Shown: positions 18,372 to 28,196 of the stretch, one piece after another
Layout: every line of letters starts with the position of its first letter
Position numbering within the stretch: the first letter of the stretch is position 1
DNA from: Patescibacteria group bacterium
Lineage (GTDB): Bacteria; Patescibacteriota; Patescibacteriia; UBA9934
DNA: 64,000 bases
Reading direction: 5' to 3'
NCBI GenBank assembly: GCA_018062825.1
Contig: JAGORL010000003.1
Coordinates: forward strand, 72,333-136,332
Program-made: the position numbers and the translations under genes
The notes under the pieces: model-generated
Database searches by the model: none
What the model saw: only the letters and a program-made list of their open reading frames with translations
What the model was told of the DNA's origin: nothing

Positions 18372-20165
18372 ATGGAGGAAAAGAAATTACCGACACCTCG
18401 CCCGGCTATGTGGCGCGAGATTTTTCACTTCCTAGCCCCATCTTTTCGTGGAACGTTTTTTTCATACGCAACTTCGATTTTCTTCATTGTTTTGACGGCG
18501 GTTTCTCAGGTAGTTGAACCGGTACTTTATGGCGTTATCATTGATCGTCTGATTGCTGCTGTTGATCTTGTGGCGGCGGCAAAGGATATTTTTCTTATAC
18601 TCGGTATTTGGGCAGCGGCGGTTTTACTTAGTGGCTTAGCAAAGGAGCTTGGTCAGTGGTATAGCTGGCGAGGTGCATACTTGGTGTATCAACATTTTGC
18701 TGACTATACGCTACGTAATGTTTTGTACTGGGATCCTGATCGTTATGCGCGACAGTCACTTGGAGCGCTTGCCAAGCGCCTTGATACGGTTTGGACGGCA
18801 ACCTGGACGCTAGCCGGTCGAACGCTCACTGACGTCGTTCCGTCGTTTATCGGCTTCTTTGTTTTTACTGGTGTTGGTTTTTGGCTTGATTGGCGTTTGG
18901 CGCTTGCTACGCTTGCGTGTGTACCGTTTTTAGCGACGTTAACTTTGTTTGCGTATCGACAAGCTGATGAAAAGCAGGAGCATTTGAATGAGGCATGGGA
19001 GGGTACGGCTCGTAGGCTGTTTGAAATTATTTCAAACATCGTTCCGATTAAATCGTTTGGACGGGAAGACGCTATTGCTCACTCGTATGCAAAGGAAACA
19101 ATTCAGGTAACGGGAGGCCAGCGTGATCTTAATATTACTTGGACAACTTTGGATGTTGCTAGTGGTGTTATTAGGTTGTTTGGTCGTGTTGGTGTGTTTT
19201 TACTTGGTCTTGTTTTTATCATCCAGGGTACGTTATCGGTTGGTGGTTTAGTGACATTTCTTGGCATGATGAGTTTCATGTTGGCGCCGTTTGATTATCT
19301 GCTTGCTGACGTTATGCGACGTGCAAGTGAGGTTAAGAGCGCCTTTGGTCGTATTGTTCCAGATCTGACGGCGCAGAATCTTATTGAAGATCCAAAGAAA
19401 CCGGTTAAGGTTAAGCGTCTGAAGGGTTCGGTACGATTTTCTGGAGTGAGTTATCGGTATCCGAATAATAAGGGTTATACCTTATCGGATATTCATTTAT
19501 TTGTGCCGGCTGGTACTAGTCTTGCTATTGTTGGGCCATCCGGGGGTGGTAAGAGCACGCTTACTAAGTTTGTTAATCGGTTTCTTGATCCTACGGTCGG
19601 CACAGTGGCGCTTGATGATCATGACGTGCGATCATATCGAGTACAGGATTTGAGGCGTCAGGTTGGTGTTGTGCATCAAGAGACTGTACTTTTTCACGAC
19701 ACGATTTTTGCCAATGTGCAGTTTGCCCGACCTAGTGCAACAAAGCTGCAAGTAATTGCGGCATGTAAAAAAGCTCAGGCACACGAGTTTATTATGCAGT
19801 TGCCTGATCAGTACAACACGATGGTTGGTGAGCGTGGAGCTAAGCTTTCGGGAGGTGAGCGTCAGCGACTAGCTATTGCGCGCGCTATTCTTGCTGATCA
19901 GCCTGTGCTTGTTTTAGATGAATCGACAAGTGCGCTTGATTCAGAGACCGAGTTAAAGTTGCAGATGGCCTTGAAGACGGTGATGGAGAAGCGAACGACG
20001 ATTATCATTGCGCACCGGCTCTCTACGATTTACATGGCTGACCAGATTGCAGTTATTGAAAAAGGAAAACTCGTCGAGCTTGGAACGCATGACGAGCTTT
20101 TGCGTGAAGGTGGATTGTATGAAAAATTGTGGCGTTTGCAGTCTGGTGGATATTTTCCGAACTAG
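18372..20165 (+). CDS. ABC transporter, fused permease/ATPase (MsbA-like exporter)
   Basis: Six-TM N-terminal half, Walker A GPSGGGKST, ABC signature LSGGERQR, Walker B VLVLDESTSALD. Confidence 0.9.
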   Translation: MEEKKLPTPRPAMWREIFHFLAPSFRGTFFSYATSIFFIVLTAVSQVVEPVLYGVIIDRLIAAVDLVAAAKDIFLILGIWAAAVLLSGLAKELGQWYSWRGAYLVYQHFADYTLRNVLYWDPDRYARQSLGALAKRLDTVWTATWTLAGRTLTDVVPSFIGFFVFTGVGFWLDWRLALATLACVPFLATLTLFAYRQADEKQEHLNEAWEGTARRLFEIISNIVPIKSFGREDAIAHSYAKETIQVTGGQRDLNITWTTLDVASGVIRLFGRVGVFLLGLVFIIQGTLSVGGLVTFLGMMSFMLAPFDYLLADVMRRASEVKSAFGRIVPDLTAQNLIEDPKKPVKVKRLKGSVRFSGVSYRYPNNKGYTLSDIHLFVPAGTSLAIVGPSGGGKSTLTKFVNRFLDPTVGTVALDDHDVRSYRVQDLRRQVGVVHQETVLFHDTIFANVQFARPSATKLQVIAACKKAQAHEFIMQLPDQYNTMVGERGAKLSGGERQRLAIARAILADQPVLVLDESTSALDSETELKLQMALKTVMEKRTTIIIAHRLSTIYMADQIAVIEKGKLVELGTHDELLREGGLYEKLWRLQSGGYFPN

Positions 20166-20166
20166 T

Positions 20167-20607
20167 TTATCCCTCCATGAGGATGCGAACGATATTGTTT
20201 AGGTCCATGGAGGCAAGATTTTTAGGTACGGTATCAAGTAGGGCTTTTTTAACGTCAGCGTGTAGAGCGTCTATCAGGATGTTTTTATTGATTTCTGGAA
20301 CACAGATAAGCACTTCTTCAACTCCATCGTGATCAATCATGGTGCGCAGTTTTTCTGAGATCGCGCTATAGAGTGTGACGAGACGGTTGTCTTTCATGTC
20401 ATCAATATCTTTTTTTGTTGAAGCATGCGCAGCTGTGATTCTCTCGGCGTGTTCAAACTCAGGTGATGCTAAGCCTTCTACTTCTTCAATTTCGCGGTGG
20501 TGCGCAATAAGTAGCCGACACCGTTCGTTGTTGGTGAGTGCGATAACGGTCTTTTTCTCAAAGGCTTTGTAGTGATCCGAGATGCGCATATAGATAAAGT
20601 GTACCAT
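20167..20607 (-). CDS. Host_attach (PF10116)-like protein, eRF1-like fold
   Basis: C-terminal pattern LICVPEINKNILIDALHADVKKALLDTVPKNL parallels the family's conserved block (VVAPPKTLGELRK..HKEV....L..KDLT). Matched from memory, not by search. Confidence 0.45.
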   Translation of the reverse strand: MVHFIYMRISDHYKAFEKKTVIALTNNERCRLLIAHHREIEEVEGLASPEFEHAERITAAHASTKKDIDDMKDNRLVTLYSAISEKLRTMIDHDGVEEVLICVPEINKNILIDALHADVKKALLDTVPKNLASMDLNNIVRILMEG

Positions 20608-20645
20608 TTTTCGTTCAAATTGCGGAAGCTAAGCATGTTACAATA

Positions 20646-21365
20646 GTGAATATGGCACGTGGAGGTATTAAGGACCGCCTGTTTTCAAGTATTCGTGAGA
20701 TTGTTTTTGGTTTGGAGGATAGTTTTGTTTCGACACTTGGTACGGTGAGTGGTGTTGCGGTTGGTAGTGGCAATAAAGAGATCGTGCTATTAGCTGGTTT
20801 TGTGATTGTAGCGGTCGAGGCGCTTTCTATGGCAGCTGGTAGCTATCTTTCCTCCAAAGCAGCAGATGAACTTTATACGGAACGCATGCGGCAGGATGCT
20901 GCTCGCGTTTTAAGTGAGCGAGTTTCTGATAAAGAGTCGCTGAGAGAATTTTTTCACCGTAAGGGATTTTCTGCAGATGAAGTGGCAATTGCGGTGCGGG
21001 CAATTGGACGAGAGCGAAAGTTGTGGCTTGATGAACTGATGCGCGGGGAGTTTAAAATGTCGCCGGCAGCTAGTGGGTCGCCGCTTTTAGCTGGAGTTGT
21101 GATGGGAGTATTTTATTTAGTTGGCGGAGCGCTTGTCCTTGTTCCGTACTTGCTTTTTCCGCTTTCACTCGCACTTCCCATCGCTGTTGTAATGACGTGT
21201 ATTGCACTTTTCATTTTGGGAGCTTGGAAGGCTACGCTTGCGAGTGTTCCGCCTGTGCGAAGTGGGCTTGAGATGATGATGGTTTCACTTGGTGCTGCCC
21301 TTCTTGGCATGGGTATTGGTCAGGTGTTTTCTTTTGTGACAGGAATATCATCCTATGGTCTTTAA
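20646..21365 (+). CDS. VIT1/CCC1-family membrane protein
   Basis: N-terminal GLEDSFVSTLGTVSGVAVG motif and C-terminal TM helices, typical of VIT-family iron/manganese transporters. Confidence 0.6.
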   Translation: MNMARGGIKDRLFSSIREIVFGLEDSFVSTLGTVSGVAVGSGNKEIVLLAGFVIVAVEALSMAAGSYLSSKAADELYTERMRQDAARVLSERVSDKESLREFFHRKGFSADEVAIAVRAIGRERKLWLDELMRGEFKMSPAASGSPLLAGVVMGVFYLVGGALVLVPYLLFPLSLALPIAVVMTCIALFILGAWKATLASVPPVRSGLEMMMVSLGAALLGMGIGQVFSFVTGISSYGL

Positions 21366-22350
21366 GGCGTATACCACCGTGCGAGCACCTGATTTTCCAG
21401 CGGGATTGCGCTGGCTATCTTCTGAGCCGCTTTCACTTACCAAATTACGAGGCAAGCCGGTTTTGATCGATATTTTTACCTATTCGTGCATTAATTGTCG
21501 TCGCACTTTTTCTCATTTGAAGCGCTGGCACGAAACGTATGCGAAATACGGGTTAACAATTATTGGTGTTCATACGCCAGAATTTACTTTTGAAAAAGAT
21601 GAGGTCAAGGTGAAGCAGTCGCTTCGAGAGGCGGGAATTACGTACCCGGTTGTACTTGACCCTGACTATAAGATTTGGCATGCATACGCTAATCGTTATT
21701 GGCCACGAAAGTTTTTGATTGATCGGGAAGGTAAAGTTATTTATGACCATGCAGGGGAGGGGGCATATGCTGAGACAGAGTTTGCTATTCAGAAAGAATT
21801 AAAAGCGATGGGCGTGAAGGATTTGCCAGCGATTGGACCTGATGATTCTATTGGTGGCCGTGTTTGTTACCGTACAACCCCAGAGCTTTATTTAGGGTAC
21901 TTGCGCGGAAGATTGGGGAACGCAGAAGATTTTTACCCAGAAGCGGAAACGGCGTTTACTGATGTGGGGTCTTACGAAGATGATGTTGTGTATCTTCATG
22001 GTCACTTTAATGTACATGGTGAATATTTGGAGCATGCTCGGAAGCTCAGCGCTCCTCATGAATACTTGCGTTTCAAGTACAGTGCTTTTTCCGTGAATGC
22101 AGTTTTTGGTTCAGCGAATAGCGCGACATCTGTTATTGAACTTGAACTTGATGGCAAGCCACTTTCATCTGATTTTGCAGGCGATGATGTTGTTATCACC
22201 AAAGAAGGCAAGGCTGAGCTGTTGGTGCGCGATCACCGTTTGTATTCTCTTGTTCGAGCTGACGTTCATCATCGAGGTGTTTTAACGGTTCGAGTTTTAA
22301 GTGGCAACCTTCAGGCGTATTCACTTACTTTCGGAAGTTGCGAAGAGTAG
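21355..22350 (+). CDS. Thioredoxin-fold (redoxin/DipZ C-terminal-like) protein with an extra C-terminal domain
   Basis: CxxC (SCINC) in a thioredoxin-like context (GKPVLIDIFTYSC..C....L......YAKYGLTIIGVHTPEF). Confidence 0.55.
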   Translation: MVFKAYTTVRAPDFPAGLRWLSSEPLSLTKLRGKPVLIDIFTYSCINCRRTFSHLKRWHETYAKYGLTIIGVHTPEFTFEKDEVKVKQSLREAGITYPVVLDPDYKIWHAYANRYWPRKFLIDREGKVIYDHAGEGAYAETEFAIQKELKAMGVKDLPAIGPDDSIGGRVCYRTTPELYLGYLRGRLGNAEDFYPEAETAFTDVGSYEDDVVYLHGHFNVHGEYLEHARKLSAPHEYLRFKYSAFSVNAVFGSANSATSVIELELDGKPLSSDFAGDDVVITKEGKAELLVRDHRLYSLVRADVHHRGVLTVRVLSGNLQAYSLTFGSCEE

Positions 22351-22375
22351 TCAGGGTTTGTTAAGGTGTTTCCTT

Positions 22376-23503
22376 ATGAAGTCTCCAGGTATCTATTTGG
22401 ATTATGCAGCTGCAACCCCGGTTGATAGACGGGTGTTTGCAGCAATGAAACCTTACTTTTTTGATATTTTTGGCAACCCCTCAAGCGTGCACCGTATTGG
22501 GGTTCTGGCACGTGAGGCAGTGGAGGTGGCTAGAAAGTCGGTAGCTGGGCTTGTTGGTGCTCGAAGTGAGGGTGTTACTTTTACCGCAAGTACAACCGAG
22601 GCGGCGGCAGTTCTTTTTCATTCCATCGCGAAGCAGTTTCCAGGCAAGCGCCACGCGGTAGCGCTTTCGATTGAGCATAAGGCGATTATTGAGAGCCTGC
22701 GGCTAGCGGGTTATGAAGTAACTCTCGTGAAGGTGGATCGATATGGCGTAGCGCGCGCCGAGGACGTGTTGTCGGCGATTCGACCTGATACGGGCATAGT
22801 GAGTGTGCAGCTTGTAAATAACGAAACCGGGGTAGTACAACCTGTTACCGTGATTGGTAAGGCGATTGCGATGTTATCGACCGATAAACCGGTATTTCAT
22901 AGTGATGTTTCGCAAGCGATGGTGACTCAGGTTATTGATCTTTCTGGGATGCACCTTGATGCGGTGACGTTTTCAGCGGCCAAGATGTATGGACCAAAGG
23001 GTGTTGCAGCGCTTGTGGTGAGACACGGTGTGCCGCTAGCACCATTTTTTTCAGGTGGTGGGCAAGAGCGTGGAGTACGAGCCGGTACAGAGAATGTGCC
23101 TGGGATCGTGGGTTTTGGTGAGGCGGCTCGTTTGTGCGTGCTTGAGCGATCCATGCGGGTTAAGCATTTGCTTGCTGCGCGCGAAGTATTTCTTGAGCGG
23201 CTTTCAGGGAGTGGATGTGTTGACTGGGCATCGCAGGCTGAGCGATCCCCGCACATTGCGAGCATTCGGACGCCGAAAGACGCAGAGATGTTGATGGTTC
23301 GTTTGGAGAATGTGGGAGTTTTTGTGTCTGCTGCAAGCGCGTGCACACGTGGCGAGTCAAAATCGCACGTATTGCAGGCTATTGGTATTCCAGATGGTGA
23401 TCTACTTAGAACTATTCGTGTATCCTTTGGGACACCAACGACGCTCTTACAGGCGCGTCGAGCTGGTAAGCTTGTTGCGCAGGCTGCCATTGACCAACTT
23501 TAG
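22376..23503 (+). CDS. Cysteine desulfurase (class V aminotransferase, NifS/IscS-like)
   Basis: Opening YLDYAATTPVD, PLP region (SFSAAKMYGPKG) and catalytic Cys loop (SAASACTRG). Start taken at the ATG at 22376 after the upstream stop. Confidence 0.85.
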   Translation: MKSPGIYLDYAAATPVDRRVFAAMKPYFFDIFGNPSSVHRIGVLAREAVEVARKSVAGLVGARSEGVTFTASTTEAAAVLFHSIAKQFPGKRHAVALSIEHKAIIESLRLAGYEVTLVKVDRYGVARAEDVLSAIRPDTGIVSVQLVNNETGVVQPVTVIGKAIAMLSTDKPVFHSDVSQAMVTQVIDLSGMHLDAVTFSAAKMYGPKGVAALVVRHGVPLAPFFSGGGQERGVRAGTENVPGIVGFGEAARLCVLERSMRVKHLLAAREVFLERLSGSGCVDWASQAERSPHIASIRTPKDAEMLMVRLENVGVFVSAASACTRGESKSHVLQAIGIPDGDLLRTIRVSFGTPTTLLQARRAGKLVAQAAIDQL

Positions 23504-23526
23504 GTGATTTTCTATCCTTTGCCCGT

Positions 23527-23793
23527 ATGAAGCTTCGCATTGTTGTTGACCCGGATTTGTGTATTGGTGCAGCCAGTTGCGTTACGATTGATCCTCAGTC
23601 ATTTGTCATGAATCTTGAGAATAAAGCTGAGGTTCTTGATCATGGCATGGCAGCTGGCGGCCCAGCGTATGAGCGCACGGTTGAGGCAACGGAGAGTGAG
23701 AAGGAAACTATCATTATGGCAGCCCAATCTTGCCCAACCCTTGCGATTAGTATCTTTTTGGAAGATGGCACTCAGATTTACCCTGCTTTTTAG
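23527..23793 (+). CDS. Small [4Fe-4S] ferredoxin
   Basis: 88 aa with Cys at CIGAASC and a distal C (SCP), typical of monocluster ferredoxins. Confidence 0.6.
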   Translation: MKLRIVVDPDLCIGAASCVTIDPQSFVMNLENKAEVLDHGMAAGGPAYERTVEATESEKETIIMAAQSCPTLAISIFLEDGTQIYPAF

Positions 23794-23796
23794 CCT

Positions 23797-24975
23797 ATGG
23801 CACGCCACGTAATCATTGGAGGTGGCATTGCTGGCGTGAGCGCTGCCGAGGAGATTCGTAAGATTGATCCGGCGAGCGATATTACGCTTTTTGAGATTGA
23901 GGAGATCCCATGCTATTCACGGGTGCTTTTGCCGCATTACGTGAAGGGTATTGTGCCGCGAGAGAAGGTTTTTTTACGCGCACCTGATTGGTATGGTCGC
24001 CAAGGTATTGATTGGCGTCACGGTGTGCATGTTGAAGGCGTTGACGTTTCCAATAGCTTTGTCACTACAAGTGAAGGAAGAGAAGAGCCTTTTGATACGC
24101 TTCTTATAACAACTGGAACTGAGGTGACTACGCTTCCTGAGCAACCGCGGGGTGTTTCTTATCTGTCTGAACTCGGAGACGCTGATCATTTACGCGAGCT
24201 TTTAGCTGAGGTTCGCGCAAAGGGCGATGACGCAAGAGGTTTTATTTATGGCGGTGGGTTTATTGCTTTTGAGTATGCGAATATTTTTGCGCATTACAAA
24301 GTTCCATTTGCGATTGCTATGCGTGGATCAGGTTTTTGGTCTAAGGTCTTATCTTCAGCGAGTCAGGCTGTTTTAGCTCAGCACGCACAAGCAAAGGGCG
24401 TTCAGGTTTATTTTAATGAGCCGCAGCCAGAGATTCTTGGAGGCTTAACTCTTGAAGGGGTAAGGCTTTCAGGTGGGGTTTCACAATCAGTAGATATTTT
24501 AGGTATTGGTATTGGTTCTTTACCGCAGCATTCATTAGCAAAAGCTGCGGGACTGGGGGTAGATCGTGGCATTTTGGCGAATGAGTATTTAGAAACATCG
24601 CTTCCTCACGTGTATACTGCCGGAGACGTCTCACAGGCGTTTGATCTCAACGTACGGCGTAACGTGCAGTACGGCAATTGGATGAATGCTCAACGGCAAG
24701 GAATGACCGTTGGTAAAACAATGGCTGGCGAGCGAACGGCGTTCAAGCTTGTGTCCTCGTATGCAACGCAGTTTCTTGGCAAGCACGTTGTATTTATTGG
24801 CGACGTGAGTCGTGAAGCGGCGGATGAGGTTCGTCAGGTGGTTCTTGAGCAAGACGTCGCGCAAGAGATCTTTTTACGAAATGGTATGGTAGTGGGTGCA
24901 TCGCTTATTGGCGATACGTCTCAACGAGCCGCTTTGACCGCAAGTATTGGTCAGCGAGCAGATGATGTTTTATGA
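23797..24975 (+). CDS. FAD-dependent pyridine-nucleotide-disulfide oxidoreductase (ferredoxin/rubredoxin reductase-like)
   Basis: Two Rossmann dinucleotide motifs (VIIGGGIAGVSAA and a second GGGFIAFEYA region), adjacent to the ferredoxin gene. Confidence 0.7.
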   Translation: MARHVIIGGGIAGVSAAEEIRKIDPASDITLFEIEEIPCYSRVLLPHYVKGIVPREKVFLRAPDWYGRQGIDWRHGVHVEGVDVSNSFVTTSEGREEPFDTLLITTGTEVTTLPEQPRGVSYLSELGDADHLRELLAEVRAKGDDARGFIYGGGFIAFEYANIFAHYKVPFAIAMRGSGFWSKVLSSASQAVLAQHAQAKGVQVYFNEPQPEILGGLTLEGVRLSGGVSQSVDILGIGIGSLPQHSLAKAAGLGVDRGILANEYLETSLPHVYTAGDVSQAFDLNVRRNVQYGNWMNAQRQGMTVGKTMAGERTAFKLVSSYATQFLGKHVVFIGDVSREAADEVRQVVLEQDVAQEIFLRNGMVVGASLIGDTSQRAALTASIGQRADDVL

Positions 24976-26048
24976 GTCTAGACACTGGAGCGGTTTATAA
25001 AAAATTTGATCCCGAAGATGTTGGCTATGGCATTGAGCAGTTGCCAGAGCAGATTCGTTTAGCGTGGCATGACACACGTGAACTTGTTTTTCCAGCCGCG
25101 TATGGCCAGATTGATCGAGTGATTGTGGCTGGTATGGGAGGATCATCGCTTGGCGCGCATGCTGCACTTTCTGTTTTACATGATCGTTTGACTGTTCCGG
25201 TGACTATTTTGCGTGATTACGATCTTCCCAAGTGGGCTGACAAGCGTACGGCGGTTGTTCTTTCGAGTTTTTCCGGAACCACCGAAGAGGTGCTTGCGGT
25301 TGGTCAGGCGGCTAAGAAGCGCGGTTGTAAGCTCATTGTGAGCGCGACAGGTGGTGATTTAGAGTCATTTGCTTCCGCCCATAAGTTGCCGGCATACATT
25401 TTTCATCCAGGAGAACTTGCTAAGCAGCCTAGATTTGCAACGGGATTTTCTTTTGTTGGCATGCTCGGTATTTTTGAGCGCCTAGGTCTTTGCAAGATTA
25501 AAGAGGAAGAGATTATGCTCATGGCAAACGCTATGAGTGAGGTTATTGATTCGTGTGCGGTTGATGTTTCACTTGAAGATAACCCAGCGAAGCAGGTGGC
25601 AACAGCGCTCAAGGGTAAGCTCGTTATGATCGTTACCGGCGGGCATCTTGCTGGCGTTGCTCATACTTTGCAGAATCATTTCAATGAAACGAGTAAGCAG
25701 ATGTCGTTTTATGTTGAGCTACCTGAGATGAATCACCATTTACTTGAGTCATTTGTTTATCCAACGACAGCGGTTTCTGCGTCCTGTGCGCTCATGCTCA
25801 GATCAGCTTTGTATCATGAGCGTGTTCAGAAGCGTTTTGTGATTACTGCCGATCTTTTGGAGTCGGCGGGCTTAGAGGTGATTGATTACGAGGCTCATGG
25901 AGCAACACTTCTTGAAGAGGCTGGAGAGGTTTTGCAGTTTGGTAGTTATGTTGGTTGGTATCTTGCGATGCTCAACAAGGTTAATACGACAGAGATTCCG
26001 TACGTGAAGCTACTTAAGGAGCGCATGGGAGGTAGTAAAAAATCCTAG
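24972..26048 (+). CDS. Bifunctional phosphoglucose/phosphomannose isomerase (SIS-domain, PGI/PMI family)
   Basis: SIS-domain core VIVAGMGGSSLG and a second SIS repeat; length matches the archaeal-type PGI/PMI family. Confidence 0.6.
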   Translation: MSLDTGAVYKKFDPEDVGYGIEQLPEQIRLAWHDTRELVFPAAYGQIDRVIVAGMGGSSLGAHAALSVLHDRLTVPVTILRDYDLPKWADKRTAVVLSSFSGTTEEVLAVGQAAKKRGCKLIVSATGGDLESFASAHKLPAYIFHPGELAKQPRFATGFSFVGMLGIFERLGLCKIKEEEIMLMANAMSEVIDSCAVDVSLEDNPAKQVATALKGKLVMIVTGGHLAGVAHTLQNHFNETSKQMSFYVELPEMNHHLLESFVYPTTAVSASCALMLRSALYHERVQKRFVITADLLESAGLEVIDYEAHGATLLEEAGEVLQFGSYVGWYLAMLNKVNTTEIPYVKLLKERMGGSKKS

Positions 26049-26070
26049 CCACATGGCTAGGATTTTTTGA
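26043..26070. terminator. Bidirectional terminator shared by the convergent PGI/PMI and ribH genes
   Basis: AATCCTAGCCACATGGCTAGGATTTTTT overlaps both stop codons. Confidence 0.65.
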
Positions 26071-26584
26071 TGGCAAGTACGGTCTCAATGGCGCTCATGC
26101 CGGCTTCGTACCCTTTTTTCTGACCGCCGAGCGACCTTACCTCGGCTTGTTCTTTATTTTCTGTGGTCAGTACGCCAAAGACGACGGGAAGGTGGTAGGT
26201 AAGTGAAACGTTCGTGAGGCCATTAGCAACAGCGTCCGCAATATAGTGATCGTGCCGAGTATCGCCTTTTATAATGACGCCAAGACAGATGATGGCATCA
26301 AATTTTCCGGATTGCGCTAGGGCGTCAGCGGCGACAGGGAGCTCAAAAGATCCTGGCACGCGAAGTGTGTGTACGTTTGTAACGCTGGCGTCAGTGAGCG
26401 CTTGCTCGCAGTCTTGTACAAGCGCATCGGTGAGCTCTTGATTGAAGCGTGCGCCGATAATGGCGATGCGAAGTTTTGAGCCGTCGAGCGTTGAAAAGTT
26501 ATTTGATTTCATGTGAGGATTTACGGGATTTTTTAGAGCGGTGATCAGTAGCGTATTTTTCACCCCAAGCATGCATTTGCGCAA
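26057..26584 (-). CDS. ribH: 6,7-dimethyl-8-ribityllumazine synthase
   Basis: Clear RibH sequence (IAIIGARFN, LRVPGSFELP, ICLGVIIKGDTRH). The start is probably the internal Met at 26512. Confidence 0.85.
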   Translation of the reverse strand: MRKCMLGVKNTLLITALKNPVNPHMKSNNFSTLDGSKLRIAIIGARFNQELTDALVQDCEQALTDASVTNVHTLRVPGSFELPVAADALAQSGKFDAIICLGVIIKGDTRHDHYIADAVANGLTNVSLTYHLPVVFGVLTTENKEQAEVRSLGGQKKGYEAGMSAIETVLAIKKS

Positions 26585-26861
26585 TGATCGGTTCCAGATC
26601 TTTGCCCTTTTTTGTGAGCGTATATTCTACGCGCTGGGGGTTGTCTTTGAAGGTTGTCTTGATGACGACGCCCCATTTTTCAAGATCTGATAGGCGCTTG
26701 GAGAGGGTACGGGGGTTTATTCCACCTACAGCATCTTGCAATTGGCAAAAGCGCGCCGTGCCAGTTGTGAGGTGGGCTATTAAGCGCGGTGTCCATTTAT
26801 TGCCAAGAACAAGGGCGCTGATGGCAACGAGTTCTAGGGATGTAGAGGGGTTGTCCGACAT
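26499..26861 (-). CDS. HxlR-family winged-helix transcriptional regulator
   Basis: Pattern LGNKWTPRLIAHLTTGTARFCQLQDAVGGINPRTLSKRLSDLEKWGVV is diagnostic of HxlR. Confidence 0.75.
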   Translation of the reverse strand: MSDNPSTSLELVAISALVLGNKWTPRLIAHLTTGTARFCQLQDAVGGINPRTLSKRLSDLEKWGVVIKTTFKDNPQRVEYTLTKKGKDLEPIIAQMHAWGEKYATDHRSKKSRKSSHEIK

Positions 26862-26971
26862 AGTGCTTGACGCTTGTTCGCGTAAGTTACTATACTTTTT
26901 ATACTAGTTGATCTTTTTACTTTTCGCAACGGACTTTGTGATTATTTATATCGTAGCAGACCTATTTTTCT

Positions 26972-28195
26972 ATGCCTAATCCTTTTGAAAATGCTTTATC
27001 CCAGATTGACCGAGCGGCGGCTGTTGCTCCGGTTTCCGATGAGCTCCTAGCGCGTTTAAGAAAAGCCGAGCGTGAGATCTCTGTTTCCATTCCGGTTGTT
27101 ATGGATTCAGGTAAGGAGCGAGTTTTTGAAGGTTATCGAGTTCAGCACAATAGTTTACGTGGGCCGTACAAGGGGGGTATACGTTTTCATGAAGCGACTG
27201 ATATTGACGAGGTTCGGGCGCTTGCTCTTTGGATGACCATGAAAACGGCGGTTGCGGGAATTGGTATGGGCGGGGGCAAGGGCGGGGTAACGGTGAACCC
27301 AAAGGAATTTTCCGCTTTAGAGATTGAGCGATTAAGTAGGGGATTTGTGCGGGCGTTGTATCGTGATCTTGGTCCGCGGGTTGATGTGCCAGCGCCGGAC
27401 GTGAATACCACGCCGGAGATTATGGCAATCATGGTTGATGAGTATCAAAAATTGACGGGTGATACGACGGGTGCGACGTTTACGGGAAAGCCTCTTACTC
27501 ATGGTGGCTCGCAAGGGCGGGGAGCGGCCACTGGTCAGGGTGGTTTTGCAGTATTTTCTGCACTACGATCTGCTTATGGACTTGGCAATGGCTTGACTGT
27601 CGCGATTCAGGGCATGGGAAACGTGGGTGGTCATGCTGCGCGTATTTTTTCTGCAGCTGGGCATAAGATTGTGACCATGAGTGATTCAAAAGGTGGCGTT
27701 TATAACCCGCAAGGACTTGATGTGGCGGCTGTTGAGGCTTACAAGAAGGAACGCGGATCGCTTGAGGGCTTTAGTGGAGGAGAGGCTATTACAAACGCTG
27801 CTCTTCTTGAGGTAGCGTGTGACGTTCTTATTCCGGCGGCGCTCGAGAATCAGATTACTGCTGATAATGCTGCTAGAATTCAGGCAAAGATGGTGCTTGA
27901 ACTTGCGAATGGTCCAACGACTCCGGAGGCTGACGATATTTTATTTGCGAAGGGCATTGCAGTTGTGCCTGATATTTTGGCAAACGCTGGGGGAGTGGTT
28001 GTTTCTACTTTTGAATGGGAGCAGAATCTTAAGCATGAAGCTTGGAGTGAGGAGGATGTTTTGTTGCGGTTGACAGCGCTTCTTGAAGATTCGTCGCGTG
28101 AGGTCTTGGAGCGTGCTCAGCGTTATGGTACTGATTTGCGTCGTGCGGCATTTTTGCTTGCACTTGAGCGCTTAGAATTAGCACGTACCACGTAG
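26972..28195 (+). CDS. Glu/Leu/Phe/Val-family dehydrogenase (glutamate dehydrogenase-like)
   Basis: Motifs KGGIRFH, active-site lysine region GGGKGG and NAD Rossmann GMGNVGG. Confidence 0.85.
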   Translation: MPNPFENALSQIDRAAAVAPVSDELLARLRKAEREISVSIPVVMDSGKERVFEGYRVQHNSLRGPYKGGIRFHEATDIDEVRALALWMTMKTAVAGIGMGGGKGGVTVNPKEFSALEIERLSRGFVRALYRDLGPRVDVPAPDVNTTPEIMAIMVDEYQKLTGDTTGATFTGKPLTHGGSQGRGAATGQGGFAVFSALRSAYGLGNGLTVAIQGMGNVGGHAARIFSAAGHKIVTMSDSKGGVYNPQGLDVAAVEAYKKERGSLEGFSGGEAITNAALLEVACDVLIPAALENQITADNAARIQAKMVLELANGPTTPEADDILFAKGIAVVPDILANAGGVVVSTFEWEQNLKHEAWSEEDVLLRLTALLEDSSREVLERAQRYGTDLRRAAFLLALERLELARTT

Positions 28196-28196
28196 T

